Shown: positions 8,017-16,685 of the stretch, piece by piece | Layout: each line of letters begins with the position of its first letter | How positions within the stretch are numbered: position 1 is the stretch's first letter | Translations under genes and position numbers: made by a program | From: Cereibacter sphaeroides 2.4.1 | GTDB lineage: Bacteria; Pseudomonadota; Alphaproteobacteria; Rhodobacterales; Rhodobacteraceae | NCBI RefSeq assembly: GCF_000012905.2 | Contig: NC_007494.2 | Coordinates: forward strand, 180,001 to 212,000 | Direction of reading: 5' to 3' | Length of the DNA stretch: 32,000 nt | The notes under the pieces: model-generated | What the model was told of the DNA's origin: nothing | Database searches by the model: none | Seen by the model: only the letters and a program-made list of their open reading frames with translations

Positions 8017-8675
8017 GCGACTCCCCTGAGATTGGTGGTCGGAGAACCCGCCGCGCGGCGCGGCGGTTCCCCGGCCGGCAGTCTCCTGTCCGCAGCCTCC
8101 CTGTCGCATCGCGATCAGTGTGGTTCGGTCTAGCCCCCCGCTGCACGGGACAGGTCGCCGGCGGCCGAAGCGACGTCTCGTCGATGTGCGGGAGGCAGGG
8201 GCGCGTGATCCGGGATTTCTCCCGAGCCACGGTCGGCGCGTCATCCATGATCGCGGACCGGACCGCATGCGGCTGGCGCGGGAAGGCGGGCAAACTGGGC
8301 TGCCCCGGCAAGGCGAGACGGCGAACGTTCAGGTTCTCGAGGCCGACCTCAGGACTACCGCACGAAGGGTCTTCCCGGCCATCGCGGTCCGCGCAAAGAC
8401 CAGCCGCAATTCGGGAGTCTTGATCTGGCCGGCCGTGTCGAATGACCGAACCGTCCAGATTTCTCGACGCGTTGGTGCGGAGGTTCGGCCCGAGGGACGC
8501 GCGTGCAGGCAGGGGCTCCGAGCCGTGTCCCTGCGAGCGCGCCGGCCTATATGGTCCGGTTGCCCCTCGACATCCCGGAGGACCACATGCCGACCGACAT
8601 GCCGCTTTATCCAGCCATCGCGATGAGAGGGACGTGCGAGGTCCCGTCCCGGGTGCTGCCTGCCACAGGTGCGGC

Positions 8676-9515
8676 ATGAGCTGGGAAGTGTTCGATCCCC
8701 GCGTCTGCGGCCTGGGCGAGGGGCCGCTCTGGCATCCCGAGCGGCAGCAGTTCCTCTGGTTCGACATCCTCGGACGGCGCCTGCTGGGTGAGGGAGGTGC
8801 GGCCTGGACCTTCGACCGGGCGGTCACGGCGGCGGGCTGGATCGACCGCGACCGGCTGCTCGTCGCCACGGAGACGGGGCTCGCGGTCCTCGATCTGCAG
8901 AGGCGCACGCTCGACCCGCTGCTGGCGGTCGAGGCGGATCGGCCCGAGACGCGCTCGAACGACGGGCGCGCCGACCGGCAGGGCGGGTTCTGGTTCGGCA
9001 CGATGGGCAAGGAAGCCCAGTCCGGGGCGGGCAGCCTCTACCGCTACCACCGTGGACGCATTGAGCGGCTGGTGGAGGGCCTCACCATCCCCAACGCGAT
9101 CTGCTTCTCGCCCGACGGCCGGACGGCCTATTACTCCGACACGGACCGGCAGCTGGTCTGGACCCAGCGGCTCGATGCCGAGGGCTGGCCCGTGGGCGAG
9201 CGGGAGCTCTTCCTCGATCTCGCGGACGAGGGGCTCAATCCCGATGGGGCGGTGATCGACGCCGAAGGCGGCTTCTGCTGCGCCGCCTGGGGGGCGGGGG
9301 CGGTGCTGCGGTTCGATGCGCGGGGGCGGCAGACGCACCGGCTTGCCGTCGGCGGGCGGCAACCCTCCTGCCCGGCCTTCGGCGGGCCGGAGTTCGACCG
9401 GCTCCTCGTGACGACGGCGACGGAAGGGATGGAGGATCCGGGCCCGGGCGAGGGCCTGCCCTACCTCCTGCGGCCGGGTCTCCGCGGGCTGGCCGAGCCG
9501 CGGGTGACGCTCTGA
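8676..9515 (+). CDS. SMP-30/gluconolactonase/LRE-family beta-propeller protein
   Basis: The start was moved to Met79 of track ORF 8442..9515. The sequence MSWEVFDPRVCGLGEGPLWHPERQQFLWFDI, RSNDGRADRQGGFWFGTM, IPNAICFSPDG and PDGAVIDAEGGFCCAAWG is the typical SMP-30 motif series. Confidence 0.85.
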   Translation: MSWEVFDPRVCGLGEGPLWHPERQQFLWFDILGRRLLGEGGAAWTFDRAVTAAGWIDRDRLLVATETGLAVLDLQRRTLDPLLAVEADRPETRSNDGRADRQGGFWFGTMGKEAQSGAGSLYRYHRGRIERLVEGLTIPNAICFSPDGRTAYYSDTDRQLVWTQRLDAEGWPVGERELFLDLADEGLNPDGAVIDAEGGFCCAAWGAGAVLRFDARGRQTHRLAVGGRQPSCPAFGGPEFDRLLVTTATEGMEDPGPGEGLPYLLRPGLRGLAEPRVTL

Positions 9516-9738
9516 CGCGGCCGGGGTCACTCTGATGCCGGGAGCGCCTCCTGTCGATGTGAGTTCCTGTCGGACGCGGAGAAAGGGAGAGGTTCCGCGG
9601 CTATCGCGCCGTGCTCGAGGTGCCAGCAGTCCCTCCTGCCTCAGGCAAGGCCCCTGTGGTTGAGCGAAGCTCGGGCGACGCTTCGTTCCCGGATCTCGCG
9701 TCTGCCGGCGCCGGATCGTGGGGGACCTGGTTGCGATG

Positions 9739-10264
9739 TCATGGGCTCCTTGCTCTCCGTTTGCGCCAGAGCCTCCGGCCGCCGACGCGCATCGCCGTGG
9801 CCGGGATCGGGAAGGCCATGTCCCGCTGGGTCCACTGGCTCCGCGGGACCGTCTCGGTCACACGGTGATCCCGAGGACCTGGTGGCTCGCGACCCCTTTC
9901 GCGGAGGCTGAAGAGGCCGAACCCCATGACGACCGTGCCGGGGAAGGCGCGGGCCAGAGCGCGTGCGGCCGTCGGGCTGCCCGCCAGAGAAGGACGAGCC
10001 CTCCCAGCAGGCAGAGATAGGTGGCCGTGTGGAAAAGCCTGTCGAGCTGCGTGTTGAGCTGGAGGTTCTCGACGCTGTGCGGCGGATAGCCGGCACTCGT
10101 CGCCATGTGATGCCATTGCAGGATCCGGTGCGGCACGATGCCGTCGAAGAAGCCGCCGAGGCCGGGGAGGATGCCGGCGCCGGGGGGGGAAGCGTGGTCG
10201 GTCGATGGCCACTCCCGGGGATGCGTCCCGAAGGAACCGGAGGCGCGCCGTCCCGTTCCCAAAG
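9739..10264 (-). pseudogene. DUF2243-family membrane protein gene, apparently disrupted by several frameshifts
   Basis: Frame B (track 9858..10655) carries LGGFFDGIVPHRILQWHHM...DRLFHTATYLCLLGGLVLLWRA. The expected second motif is split between frames: frame A (track 9739..10320) has ALARAFPGTVVMGFGLFSL, frame B has GVASHQVLGI and frame A has HRVTE. One switch sits at a C4 run (9893-9896), and a G8 run (10182-10189) lies in the N-terminal region. The extant open frame is 9858..10262 if the TTG is used as start. Confidence 0.5.
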
Positions 10265-10401
10265 GCGCGTGCCGCCCTGCCGGAGCGACCCGCCGCGCAG
10301 GCGCGCCGGGGCCTGCGCATCGGCTCTGGCGCGGGAGGGCCCGTGCCTCTATCGCTGGACGTGACCGCACCCTCTCGCCTGCCTCAGGATCGGAGCCAGA
10401 C

Positions 10402-10983
10402 TTGACCTCTGCCGCCCCCGCCGCTTCGCCTGCCGCCGCCCCGGTCACCGCCGAGGAGCTTGCCGCGGCCTTTCCGCATGTTCTGGCGGCGCCGAAGACC
10501 GACGCGCCGATCGCGAGCCTCTGCTGGCGGGCCCGCTTCAATGCCCGGAGCTTCCCCGACCGGCTCCTCCTGACCCGCGGCTGCGGCGTGCCGGGCGAGC
10601 GGTGGCGCAAGCATCCGTGGCTCACCCTCCCGGACGGCTCGCCGGATCCGCGCATTCAGGTCTCGATCCTGCCCACCCGGGTCTGCGACCTCGTCTGGCG
10701 CGACCGCACCGGCACGCCGCATCCCGGCGACACGATCGTGGCCGATCTCGACATGAGCGAGGCCAACCTGCCCACGGGCAGTCTTCTGCAGGCGGGCACT
10801 GCCGTGCTCAGGGTCTCGGATGTCTTCAACGACGGCTGCGTGAAGTGGAAGGTCCGCTACGGGCGGGCGGCGAAGGACTGGATCGTGGCCGAGGGCCATC
10901 CGCCGCTGCGGCTGCGCGGGGTGCTCTGTTCGATCGAGCAGAGCGGGGTGGTGCGGCTTTCGGACCGGCTGCGCAAGCTCTAG
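10402..10983 (+). CDS. MOSC-domain-containing protein (putative)
   Basis: The C-terminal part of track ORF 10138..10983 reads GDTIVADLDMSEANLPTGSLLQAGTAVLRVSDVFNDGCVKWKVRYG...LRGVLCSIEQSGVVRLSDRL, which resembles a MOSC beta-barrel with its conserved Cys. I chose the in-frame TTG at 10402, which has GGAG (10392-10395) 6 nt upstream. The start is uncertain. Confidence 0.6.
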   Translation: MTSAAPAASPAAAPVTAEELAAAFPHVLAAPKTDAPIASLCWRARFNARSFPDRLLLTRGCGVPGERWRKHPWLTLPDGSPDPRIQVSILPTRVCDLVWRDRTGTPHPGDTIVADLDMSEANLPTGSLLQAGTAVLRVSDVFNDGCVKWKVRYGRAAKDWIVAEGHPPLRLRGVLCSIEQSGVVRLSDRLRKL

Positions 10984-10985
10984 CC

Positions 10986-11016
10986 GGACGTCCGCAGAGA
11001 CGGAAAGCGGGCGTCC
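10986..11016 (+). terminator. Hairpin just downstream of the MOSC gene (possible terminator)
   Basis: ggacgtccgc (10986-10995) pairs with gcgggcgtcc (11007-11016), giving a 10-bp stem with one G-U and an 11-nt loop. There is no T-tract. Confidence 0.3.
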
Positions 11017-11344
11017 CAGACGAGGCTTCAGGCCGGACACCGCCCTGTCGGAGCGCGCCCTGCGAATCCTGCGGCCGGACGGGCGCAGTCGTCTTCTCCG
11101 ATATCGCGTTCCAAGGCGTCTGGTGGCGCTCTCCCGGACGCTTCCCGCGCCGCGGACGCCGGAGGAGTCCGTCCTCGCGACCGGGCGGCGGTTCTGCGGT
11201 GGCGGCCTCGTGTCCTGAGGCCGTCAGTCTCTAAGTGGGCCTGCCGTCTGAGAAATGGCTTCCGCACCGTCATCCTTCTCGCGGATGCAGGAATGCCGCA
11301 GCGCGGCGTTGCGCGCGGCGGTCCAGCGGCTCAGGCTTGCGGAT

Positions 11345-11406
11345 CCTTGCCTGTAAAGAAATTCACAAACTAAATCATTGTATGTAAACATTTTTCAAAT
11401 TATCAG
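11345..11406 (+). promoter_or_regulatory. AT-rich island upstream of yjcH-actP (putative promoter/operator region)
   Basis: About 60 nt of low-GC sequence (ttgcctgtaaagaaattcacaaactaaatcattgtatgtaaacatttttcaaattatcag) sit in otherwise high-GC DNA. Several -35/-10-like spacings are possible, for example TTGCCT-N17-CTAAAT and TTGTAT-N17-TATCAG. TGTAAA occurs twice, 31 nt apart. The exact promoter was not resolved. Confidence 0.4.
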
Positions 11407-11632
11407 ATCCGGGAACGGGCGCCCCAGACGTTCGGCCAAGTGCCGGTCCTGCGGCGCCCGCGTGAAGGGGGATGGAGAACGGACAGGGCCGTTTCGCCGC
11501 GGAGCAGCATTGCGCCCGCGACCGAGGACGCTCGTCCGGAGAGATCCCTGGGGAGCGTCCGGGCGGGATCTCCGACCGGTCGTTTCCCGATGAGAAATGG
11601 TGGCGCACCGGGTGGAGCGAGAGGGGTCACGG

Positions 11633-11941
11633 ATGAAAACGAACTTGGTGGATCGGGTCCTGGCCGATCCGAATTACAGGCTGCTGAAGGCGCGCCGGTC
11701 GCGCCTCGGCTGGTGGCTGACGGCGGCGCTGATGCTCGTCTATTACGGCTTCATCCTGCTGATCGCCTTCGAGAAGCAGGTGCTGGCCACGCGGATCGGC
11801 GCGGGCGTCATCACCTGGGGCATCCCGGTGGGCTTCGGCGTGATCGTCTTCACGGTCGTCATCACCGCCTTCTATGTGATGCGGGCCAACCGCGAATTCG
11901 ACGATCTGACCGAGAAGGTCCGGCGGGGGGCGATCCAATGA
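11633..11941 (+). CDS. yjcH: DUF485 (YjcH-like) small inner-membrane protein
   Basis: [46 protein letters not shown]... shows the two-TM DUF485 pattern. GAGAGGGG lies upstream of the ATG at 11633. There is an ATGA overlap with actP, which is the canonical yjcH-actP arrangement. Confidence 0.85.
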   Translation: MKTNLVDRVLADPNYRLLKARRSRLGWWLTAALMLVYYGFILLIAFEKQVLATRIGAGVITWGIPVGFGVIVFTVVITAFYVMRANREFDDLTEKVRRGAIQ

Positions 11942-13668
11942 GCCGTCTCACGTCTTCGCGCCGCCTTGCAGTGGCCATGGCCGCGCTGATCCTGCTGCCG
12001 ACGCTGGCGCTGGCCGCGGGCCCGGATCTGGGCGAGGTCCAGAAGCAGGCCACGAACTTCACCGCCATCGGCATGTTCGCGGCCTTCGTGGTCTTCACGC
12101 TCTTCATCACCAAATGGGCCGCGGCCAAGACCAAGTCCGCCGCCGACTTCTACACCGCGGGCGGCGGCATCACCGGCTTTCAGAACGGGCTCGCCATCGC
12201 GGGCGACTACATGTCGGCGGCCTCCTTCCTCGGGATTTCGGCAGCCGTGATGGCCTCGGGCTTCGACGGGCTGATCTATTCCATCGGTTTCCTCGTGGGC
12301 TGGCCGATCCTGACCTTCCTCATGGCCGAGCGGCTGCGGAACCTCGGGCAGTTCACCTTCGCGGACGTGGCGGCCTTCCGCTTCGCCCAGACGCCGGTGC
12401 GCGTGTTCGCGGCTTCCTCGACCCTCGTCGTGGTGGCCTTTTACCTCATCGCGCAGATGGTGGGGGCGGGGCAGCTCATCAAGCTTCTCTTCGGGCTCGA
12501 ATATTGGGTGGCGGTCGTCATCGTGGGCGGGCTCATGATGATCTACGTCCTCTTCGGCGGAATGACGGCTACGACCTGGGTGCAGATCATCAAGGCCTGC
12601 CTCCTTCTGGGCGGCGCCACCTTCATGGCCGTCATGGTGATGATGCAGTATGGCTTCAGCCTCGAGCGGTTCTTCGCGGCAGCGGTCGAGGTGAAGGCGC
12701 AGATCGCGGCCCAGACCCCGGGCACCACGCCCGAGGATGCGGCGGCGGCCGGACAATCGATCATGGGGCCGGGCAAGTTCATCACCGACCCGATCTCGGC
12801 CATCTCCTTCGGCATGGCGCTGATGTTCGGGACCGCGGGCCTGCCGCACATCCTGATGCGCTTCTTCACCGTGCCGGACGCCAAGGAGGCGCGGAAGTCG
12901 GTGATGTGGGCGACCACCTGGATCGGCTACTTCTACCTCTTGACCTTCATCATCGGCTTCGGCGCGATCACCTTCGTGCTGACGAGCCCGGGCTTCCTCG
13001 ACGAGACGGGCGCGCTGGTGGGCGGCAGCAACATGGCGGCGATCCATCTCGCCAAGGCCGTGGGCGGCAACCTCTTCCTCGGCTTCATCTCTGCGGTGGC
13101 CTTCGCCACGATCCTCGCGGTGGTGGCGGGCCTGACGCTCGCCGGCGCTTCGGCCGTGTCGCACGACATCTATGCGACGGTCATCAAGAAGAACAAGGCG
13201 GGCAGCGCCGCGGAACTCAAGGTCTCGCGTTATACGGTGCTGGCGCTCGGCGTGCTGGCGGTGGCTCTGGGCATCGTGTTCGAGAAGCAGAACATCGCCT
13301 TCATGGTCTCGCTCGCCTTCGCCATCGCGGCTTCGGCCAACTTCCCGGTGCTGTTTCTGTCGGTGCTGTGGAAGGGCTGCACGACGCGGGGCGTGGTGAT
13401 CGGCGGCTTCATCGGCCTCGTCGTGTCGGTGGTGCTGACCGTGCTCTCGCCCTCGGTCTGGGAGGCGACGCTGGGCTATGACAAGGGCTCGGCGCCCTTC
13501 CCCTATACCTCGCCCGCGCTATTCTCGATGACCGCGGGGTTCGTGGGGATCTGGCTCTTCTCGACGCTCGACCGCAGCCTGCGCGGACGGCAGGACCGGG
13601 CGGGCTTCGTGGCGCAGCAGGTCCGCTCCGAGACGGGCATCGGGGCCGCGGCCGCCTCCGCGCACTGA
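11938..13668 (+). CDS. actP: Cation/acetate symporter ActP (SSS family)
   Basis: The start was moved to Met167 of track ORF 11440..13668. The protein is collinear with my recollection of E. coli ActP over long stretches: [72 protein letters not shown] and [35 protein letters not shown]. Confidence 0.95.
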   Translation: MSRLTSSRRLAVAMAALILLPTLALAAGPDLGEVQKQATNFTAIGMFAAFVVFTLFITKWAAAKTKSAADFYTAGGGITGFQNGLAIAGDYMSAASFLGISAAVMASGFDGLIYSIGFLVGWPILTFLMAERLRNLGQFTFADVAAFRFAQTPVRVFAASSTLVVVAFYLIAQMVGAGQLIKLLFGLEYWVAVVIVGGLMMIYVLFGGMTATTWVQIIKACLLLGGATFMAVMVMMQYGFSLERFFAAAVEVKAQIAAQTPGTTPEDAAAAGQSIMGPGKFITDPISAISFGMALMFGTAGLPHILMRFFTVPDAKEARKSVMWATTWIGYFYLLTFIIGFGAITFVLTSPGFLDETGALVGGSNMAAIHLAKAVGGNLFLGFISAVAFATILAVVAGLTLAGASAVSHDIYATVIKKNKAGSAAELKVSRYTVLALGVLAVALGIVFEKQNIAFMVSLAFAIAASANFPVLFLSVLWKGCTTRGVVIGGFIGLVVSVVLTVLSPSVWEATLGYDKGSAPFPYTSPALFSMTAGFVGIWLFSTLDRSLRGRQDRAGFVAQQVRSETGIGAAAASAH

Positions 13669-13684
13669 AGCCTTCAGAAAACGA

Positions 13685-13715
13685 GCCTGCCGCCCTTCGG
13701 GGCGGCAGGCTTTTT
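13685..13715. terminator. Rho-independent terminator between convergent actP and NIPSNAP genes (probably bidirectional)
   Basis: gcctgccgccc-ttcg-gggcggcaggc gives an 11-bp perfect stem (13685-13710), followed by ttttt (13711-13715). On the other strand the stem is followed by tcgttttct. Confidence 0.85.
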
Positions 13716-13732
13716 CGTGCCGGCGGGACGGA

Positions 13733-14074
13733 TCAGGCCGCGGCCTGAGGCTCGCGCCAGCGCTGCGCCTCGAGGAAGGGCGCGGGCAGCAGGAGCTTGT
13801 TCTCGACCCGCACCACCAGGGGGCGCATCTGGCGCGCGTAGGACTGCCACTCGGGCGAGGCCTGCAGCGCCTTCCTGCGCTCGTGCCGCTCGTCGAGGCT
13901 CTCATAGCCCCACATGTGCACGATCTGGTTCAACGGCCCGAAGTCGGTGTAATAATAACCCACCATCCGCCCGAGGATGCGGACCTGACACTCCATTCCC
14001 TCCTCTTCGTAGAGCTTCAGGAAGACCGGCACCTGCCCGGCATGGAGGGTGTAGATTCTTTCGTCGACGAACAT
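13733..14074 (-). CDS. NIPSNAP-family protein
   Basis: MFVDERIYTLHAGQVPVFLKLYEEEGMECQVRILGRMVGYYYTDFGPLNQIVHMWGYESLDERHERR shows the typical NIPSNAP dimeric alpha-beta barrel pattern. GGAG lies in the 9-nt spacer after the yeiH stop. Confidence 0.85.
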   Translation of the reverse strand: MFVDERIYTLHAGQVPVFLKLYEEEGMECQVRILGRMVGYYYTDFGPLNQIVHMWGYESLDERHERRKALQASPEWQSYARQMRPLVVRVENKLLLPAPFLEAQRWREPQAAA

Positions 14075-14083
14075 GATGTCTCC

Positions 14084-15082
14084 TCAGAACAGAAGGCCGA
14101 TGAGCCCGAGCGCATAGAGCGCGAGCAGAAGCGTGAGCGTGCAGATGAGCAGGATCGGCCGCCCGCCCACCGCCGCGAGGCGTCCGAGCGAGGTCTTGGT
14201 GCCGAGCGCGGCAATGGCCACCACGAGGCACCAGCGCGAGAAGGAGAGGAGCGCGACCTTCACCTCTTCGGGCACGAGACCGGCCGAGCCCAGCACGACG
14301 AGCGCCGCGAAGCCCAGCACGAAGAACGGAATGGGAAGCGCGCCGCCCTCGCCGCCGCGGCCCGTGCCCATGACGAGCGAGAGGCCGGTCACGATCGGGA
14401 TCAGCAGGGCCACCCGCAAGAGCTTGACGAAGACGGCGGTGTCGCCCGCCTCCTGCGAGACGGAATAGCCCGCGCCCACCACCTGCGCCACATCGTGGAT
14501 CGTGGCGCCGAAGAAGACGCCTGTCGCGACGTCGCCCAGCCCCAGCCGCTCGGTCAGGATCGGATAGAGGATCATCGCGACCGTGCTCAGGGCCGTCACG
14601 CCGATCACGGTGAAGACGGTCGCGCGCTCCGTCCCCTCGCGGCGGGGCAGGACGGAGGAGATCGCGAGCGCCGCCGAGGCGCCGCAGATGCCCACCGCGC
14701 CGCCGGCAAGGATGCCCATCTGCAGGGGCAGGCCCAGAAGGCGCGCGAGCAGCAGGCCCGAGCCGATCGTCACCGCCACACCCGAGACGGCGATGGCGAG
14801 CACCTCTGGGCCGGAAGCCATGACCTGCTGCACGGTGATGCCGAGGCCGAGGAGCGCCACCCCGAAGCGCAGGAGCTTCTTCGAGGCGAATTCGATGCCG
14901 GGAAGGCAGCGGCTGCCCGGCTCGCTCAGGAAGTTCAGCGCCATCCCGAGCAGAAGCGCCATCAGCATCACCGGGATGCCGTAATGCTCCGACAGGAAGG
15001 TCGCGGCGAGCGCGACCGTGACGGCGCACAGAAGGCCCGGCACGAGGAGCGTCACGGGCGAGGCGAGGGCGAGAACCGTCAT
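14084..15082 (-). CDS. yeiH: YeiH/UPF0324 family membrane protein (putative sulfate exporter, PSE, family)
   Basis: Matches my recollection of E. coli YeiH motifs: ICGASAALA (ICGAAAVLA), ATIHDVAQVVGAG (STVHEVAQVVAAG), KLLRV and AIAALGTKT. It is a polytopic membrane protein. The start overlaps the stop of the hydro-lyase beta subunit by 4 nt. Confidence 0.9.
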   Translation of the reverse strand: MTVLALASPVTLLVPGLLCAVTVALAATFLSEHYGIPVMLMALLLGMALNFLSEPGSRCLPGIEFASKKLLRFGVALLGLGITVQQVMASGPEVLAIAVSGVAVTIGSGLLLARLLGLPLQMGILAGGAVGICGASAALAISSVLPRREGTERATVFTVIGVTALSTVAMILYPILTERLGLGDVATGVFFGATIHDVAQVVGAGYSVSQEAGDTAVFVKLLRVALLIPIVTGLSLVMGTGRGGEGGALPIPFFVLGFAALVVLGSAGLVPEEVKVALLSFSRWCLVVAIAALGTKTSLGRLAAVGGRPILLICTLTLLLALYALGLIGLLF

Positions 15083-15759
15083 CCGATCAATTCATCGCTG
15101 CGGTCGTCGGTCTCGCCGAAGCGGCGCAGCACGGCGGGCTTCGTACCCTCGTAGACGCGGGCGAGGTTCTGCGAGACGCGCTCGTTCTCGCGCTCGAAGA
15201 GGCTGTTGCCCTCGAGGTCGCTCTCGACGATGAAGGGGCCCATGTTCTCGGCCTCGAGCACCCACATGGCCTGCGCGAGCCCCAGATCCTCGCGCCAGTG
15301 GAGCGCCTTCACCCGCTTGATGCCGCGTCCGAGCAGCGCGCCCGTGCCATAGCCCACGGTGGTGAGGTAGATCGCGCCGTTCGGCACGAAATGCTCGCGG
15401 TAGTCGGCCGAGGTCATGCCGCCCTTGCCGATGATGAGCTTCGCGCCCGACAGGCGGAACCACTCGCCGATCCACTTGCTGAAGCGGAACGAGGCGGTGG
15501 CGGTGACCGCGCCCATGGTGAAGGAGCCGTCGGGCTCGACCGTTGCCGCGGGCGAGCAGTGGAAGTTCGCGGCGCTCTCGCGCGGCAGATCCATGGGCAG
15601 CGCGTCACCCTGCTCGCAGGCGCGCATGTAGACGCCCTCGCGCGCGGTATAGATCAGCCCGTCCAGATGCACGACATCGCCGATGTGCAGCCGGGCCAGA
15701 TCCTCCCGCGAGGGGGTGGTGCTCAGGCGAATTCGTTTTGGTCCTGCGGAACGGTCCAT
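15079..15759 (-). CDS. Fe-S type hydro-lyase, beta subunit (tartrate/fumarate hydratase TtdB/FumA-C-terminal family)
   Basis: The start was moved to Met57 of track ORF 15079..15927, with GGGAG 8 nt upstream. LSTTPSREDLARLHIGDVVHLDGLIYTAREG and IIGKGGM...GAIYLTTVGYGTGALLG...LGLAQAMWVLEAENMGPFIVESDLEGNSLF match the TtdB/class-I fumarase C-domain pattern. Confidence 0.85.
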   Translation of the reverse strand: MDRSAGPKRIRLSTTPSREDLARLHIGDVVHLDGLIYTAREGVYMRACEQGDALPMDLPRESAANFHCSPAATVEPDGSFTMGAVTATASFRFSKWIGEWFRLSGAKLIIGKGGMTSADYREHFVPNGAIYLTTVGYGTGALLGRGIKRVKALHWREDLGLAQAMWVLEAENMGPFIVESDLEGNSLFERENERVSQNLARVYEGTKPAVLRRFGETDDRSDELIG

Positions 15760-16685
15760 TCCACTGTCTCCCGGCGTTGATAATCGGTGAACCAGTCGGG
15801 GTCGGTGCGGTATTCGACGCGACCGTCCCCCCAGAGGCGCGCGACGGCGCGGCGCGAGGAGAGGCAGAAGGCATGGACGCTCATCTGCATCCCGCCCGTG
15901 TGGCAGTAGCCCACCTCGATGTTGCAATCGACCACCATGGACTTGCCCACGAAGCCCATGGCGCCCATGCCGATCGAGTTGCCGAGTTCCTTCAGCTCGC
16001 CCTCGAGCGCCGCGATGCGCGGATCGGAGTTGCGGCTGCCCACGGTGCGCAGGCAGGCCGCGCGCTTGCCCAGCACCATGCAGGCATCCTTCGACCCGCC
16101 GAGCCCGATGCCGATGATGGCGGGCTGGCAGGCGAGGCCGCGCTTGCCGAAGGCCACGAGGCTGTCGAGGAAGAAGCGCCGGATCCCCTGGATCCCGTCC
16201 GAGGGGAAGAGCATCCGGTAATCGGTGCCGAAGAGCCCGCCCTTGTGCACGGTGATGAGGTCGATCCAGTCGCCGCCCGGCTCGAAGCCATATTCGATTT
16301 CGGGCGCGCCGATGCCCACATTGTTGTCGTGGTCGGTCCGCCAGAGCGGATGGACCCGGTTCGGCCGCAGGGGGATGTCATGCGTGGCGCGCGCCGTGGC
16401 ACGGCGCAGCGCCGCCTCGAGCGCGATGGGCCCGCCCTCGATATGCGCCTCGTTGCCCATCTTCACATACCAGCGCGGACAGCCCGTGTCGCCGCACATC
16501 GCGCGGCGGTCCTCCTTGGCCGCCTCGTAATTCTCGAGCATGGCCTGCAGCACGAAGGAGGAAAGGTCGCCATCCTCGACCGCCGCCGTGGCCTTCAGCC
16601 CGTCGAGATAATCTTCGGGAATTTCGATGGCGGCCTTTTCCATCAGCCGCTCGGCCGTCCGCTGGATCAGATCGAGTGAGATCAT
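15723..16685 (-). CDS. Fe-S type hydro-lyase, alpha subunit (TtdA/FumA-N-terminal family)
   Basis: MISLDLIQRTAERLMEKAAIEIPEDYL..., MCGDTGCP (the CxDTG cluster-ligand motif) and AIIGIGLGGSKDAC are visible. The gene has a 4-nt overlap with the flavoprotein gene upstream and a 37-nt out-of-frame overlap with the beta subunit gene. Confidence 0.88.
   Translation of the reverse strand: MISLDLIQRTAERLMEKAAIEIPEDYLDGLKATAAVEDGDLSSFVLQAMLENYEAAKEDRRAMCGDTGCPRWYVKMGNEAHIEGGPIALEAALRRATARATHDIPLRPNRVHPLWRTDHDNNVGIGAPEIEYGFEPGGDWIDLITVHKGGLFGTDYRMLFPSDGIQGIRRFFLDSLVAFGKRGLACQPAIIGIGLGGSKDACMVLGKRAACLRTVGSRNSDPRIAALEGELKELGNSIGMGAMGFVGKSMVVDCNIEVGYCHTGGMQMSVHAFCLSSRRAVARLWGDGRVEYRTDPDWFTDYQRRETVEWTVPQDQNEFA

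Noticed and set aside
8026-8060. CTGAGA-containing stretch as a possible TPP riboswitch. I also looked for glycine, c-di-GMP, cobalamin and guanidine riboswitch cores, and for SRP/RNase P/tmRNA/tRNA signatures, in all long spacers
   Set aside because: Only isolated short motifs were seen. The required companion elements were absent, for example ACCTGATCTGGATAATGCC for TPP, a GGTTCGAATCC T-loop for tRNA and GAGGAAAGTCC for RNase P. A covariance-model scan is needed for a definitive answer.
8017-8268. Upstream extensions suggested by the track for several genes (6412..8268, 8442..9515, 15079..15927, 23185..24501, 11440..13668, 18447..19676)
   Set aside because: In each case the conserved family N-terminus begins at an internal Met with a good Shine-Dalgarno. 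The upstream codons are R/P/G-rich, overlap neighbouring genes, or do both.
11872-13481. Long ORFs 11872..13164 (minus, 430 aa) and 12114..13481 (plus, 455 aa) inside actP
   Set aside because: The actP frame matches E. coli ActP over its whole length. These are out-of-frame or antisense shadows rich in R/G/H/D.
13883-16679. Plus-strand ORFs 13883..15154 (423 aa) and 15543..16679 (378 aa), and minus-strand ORF 13902..15029 (375 aa)
   Set aside because: They overlap the yeiH, hydro-lyase and NIPSNAP genes in the wrong frame or on the wrong strand, and have a charged low-complexity composition.
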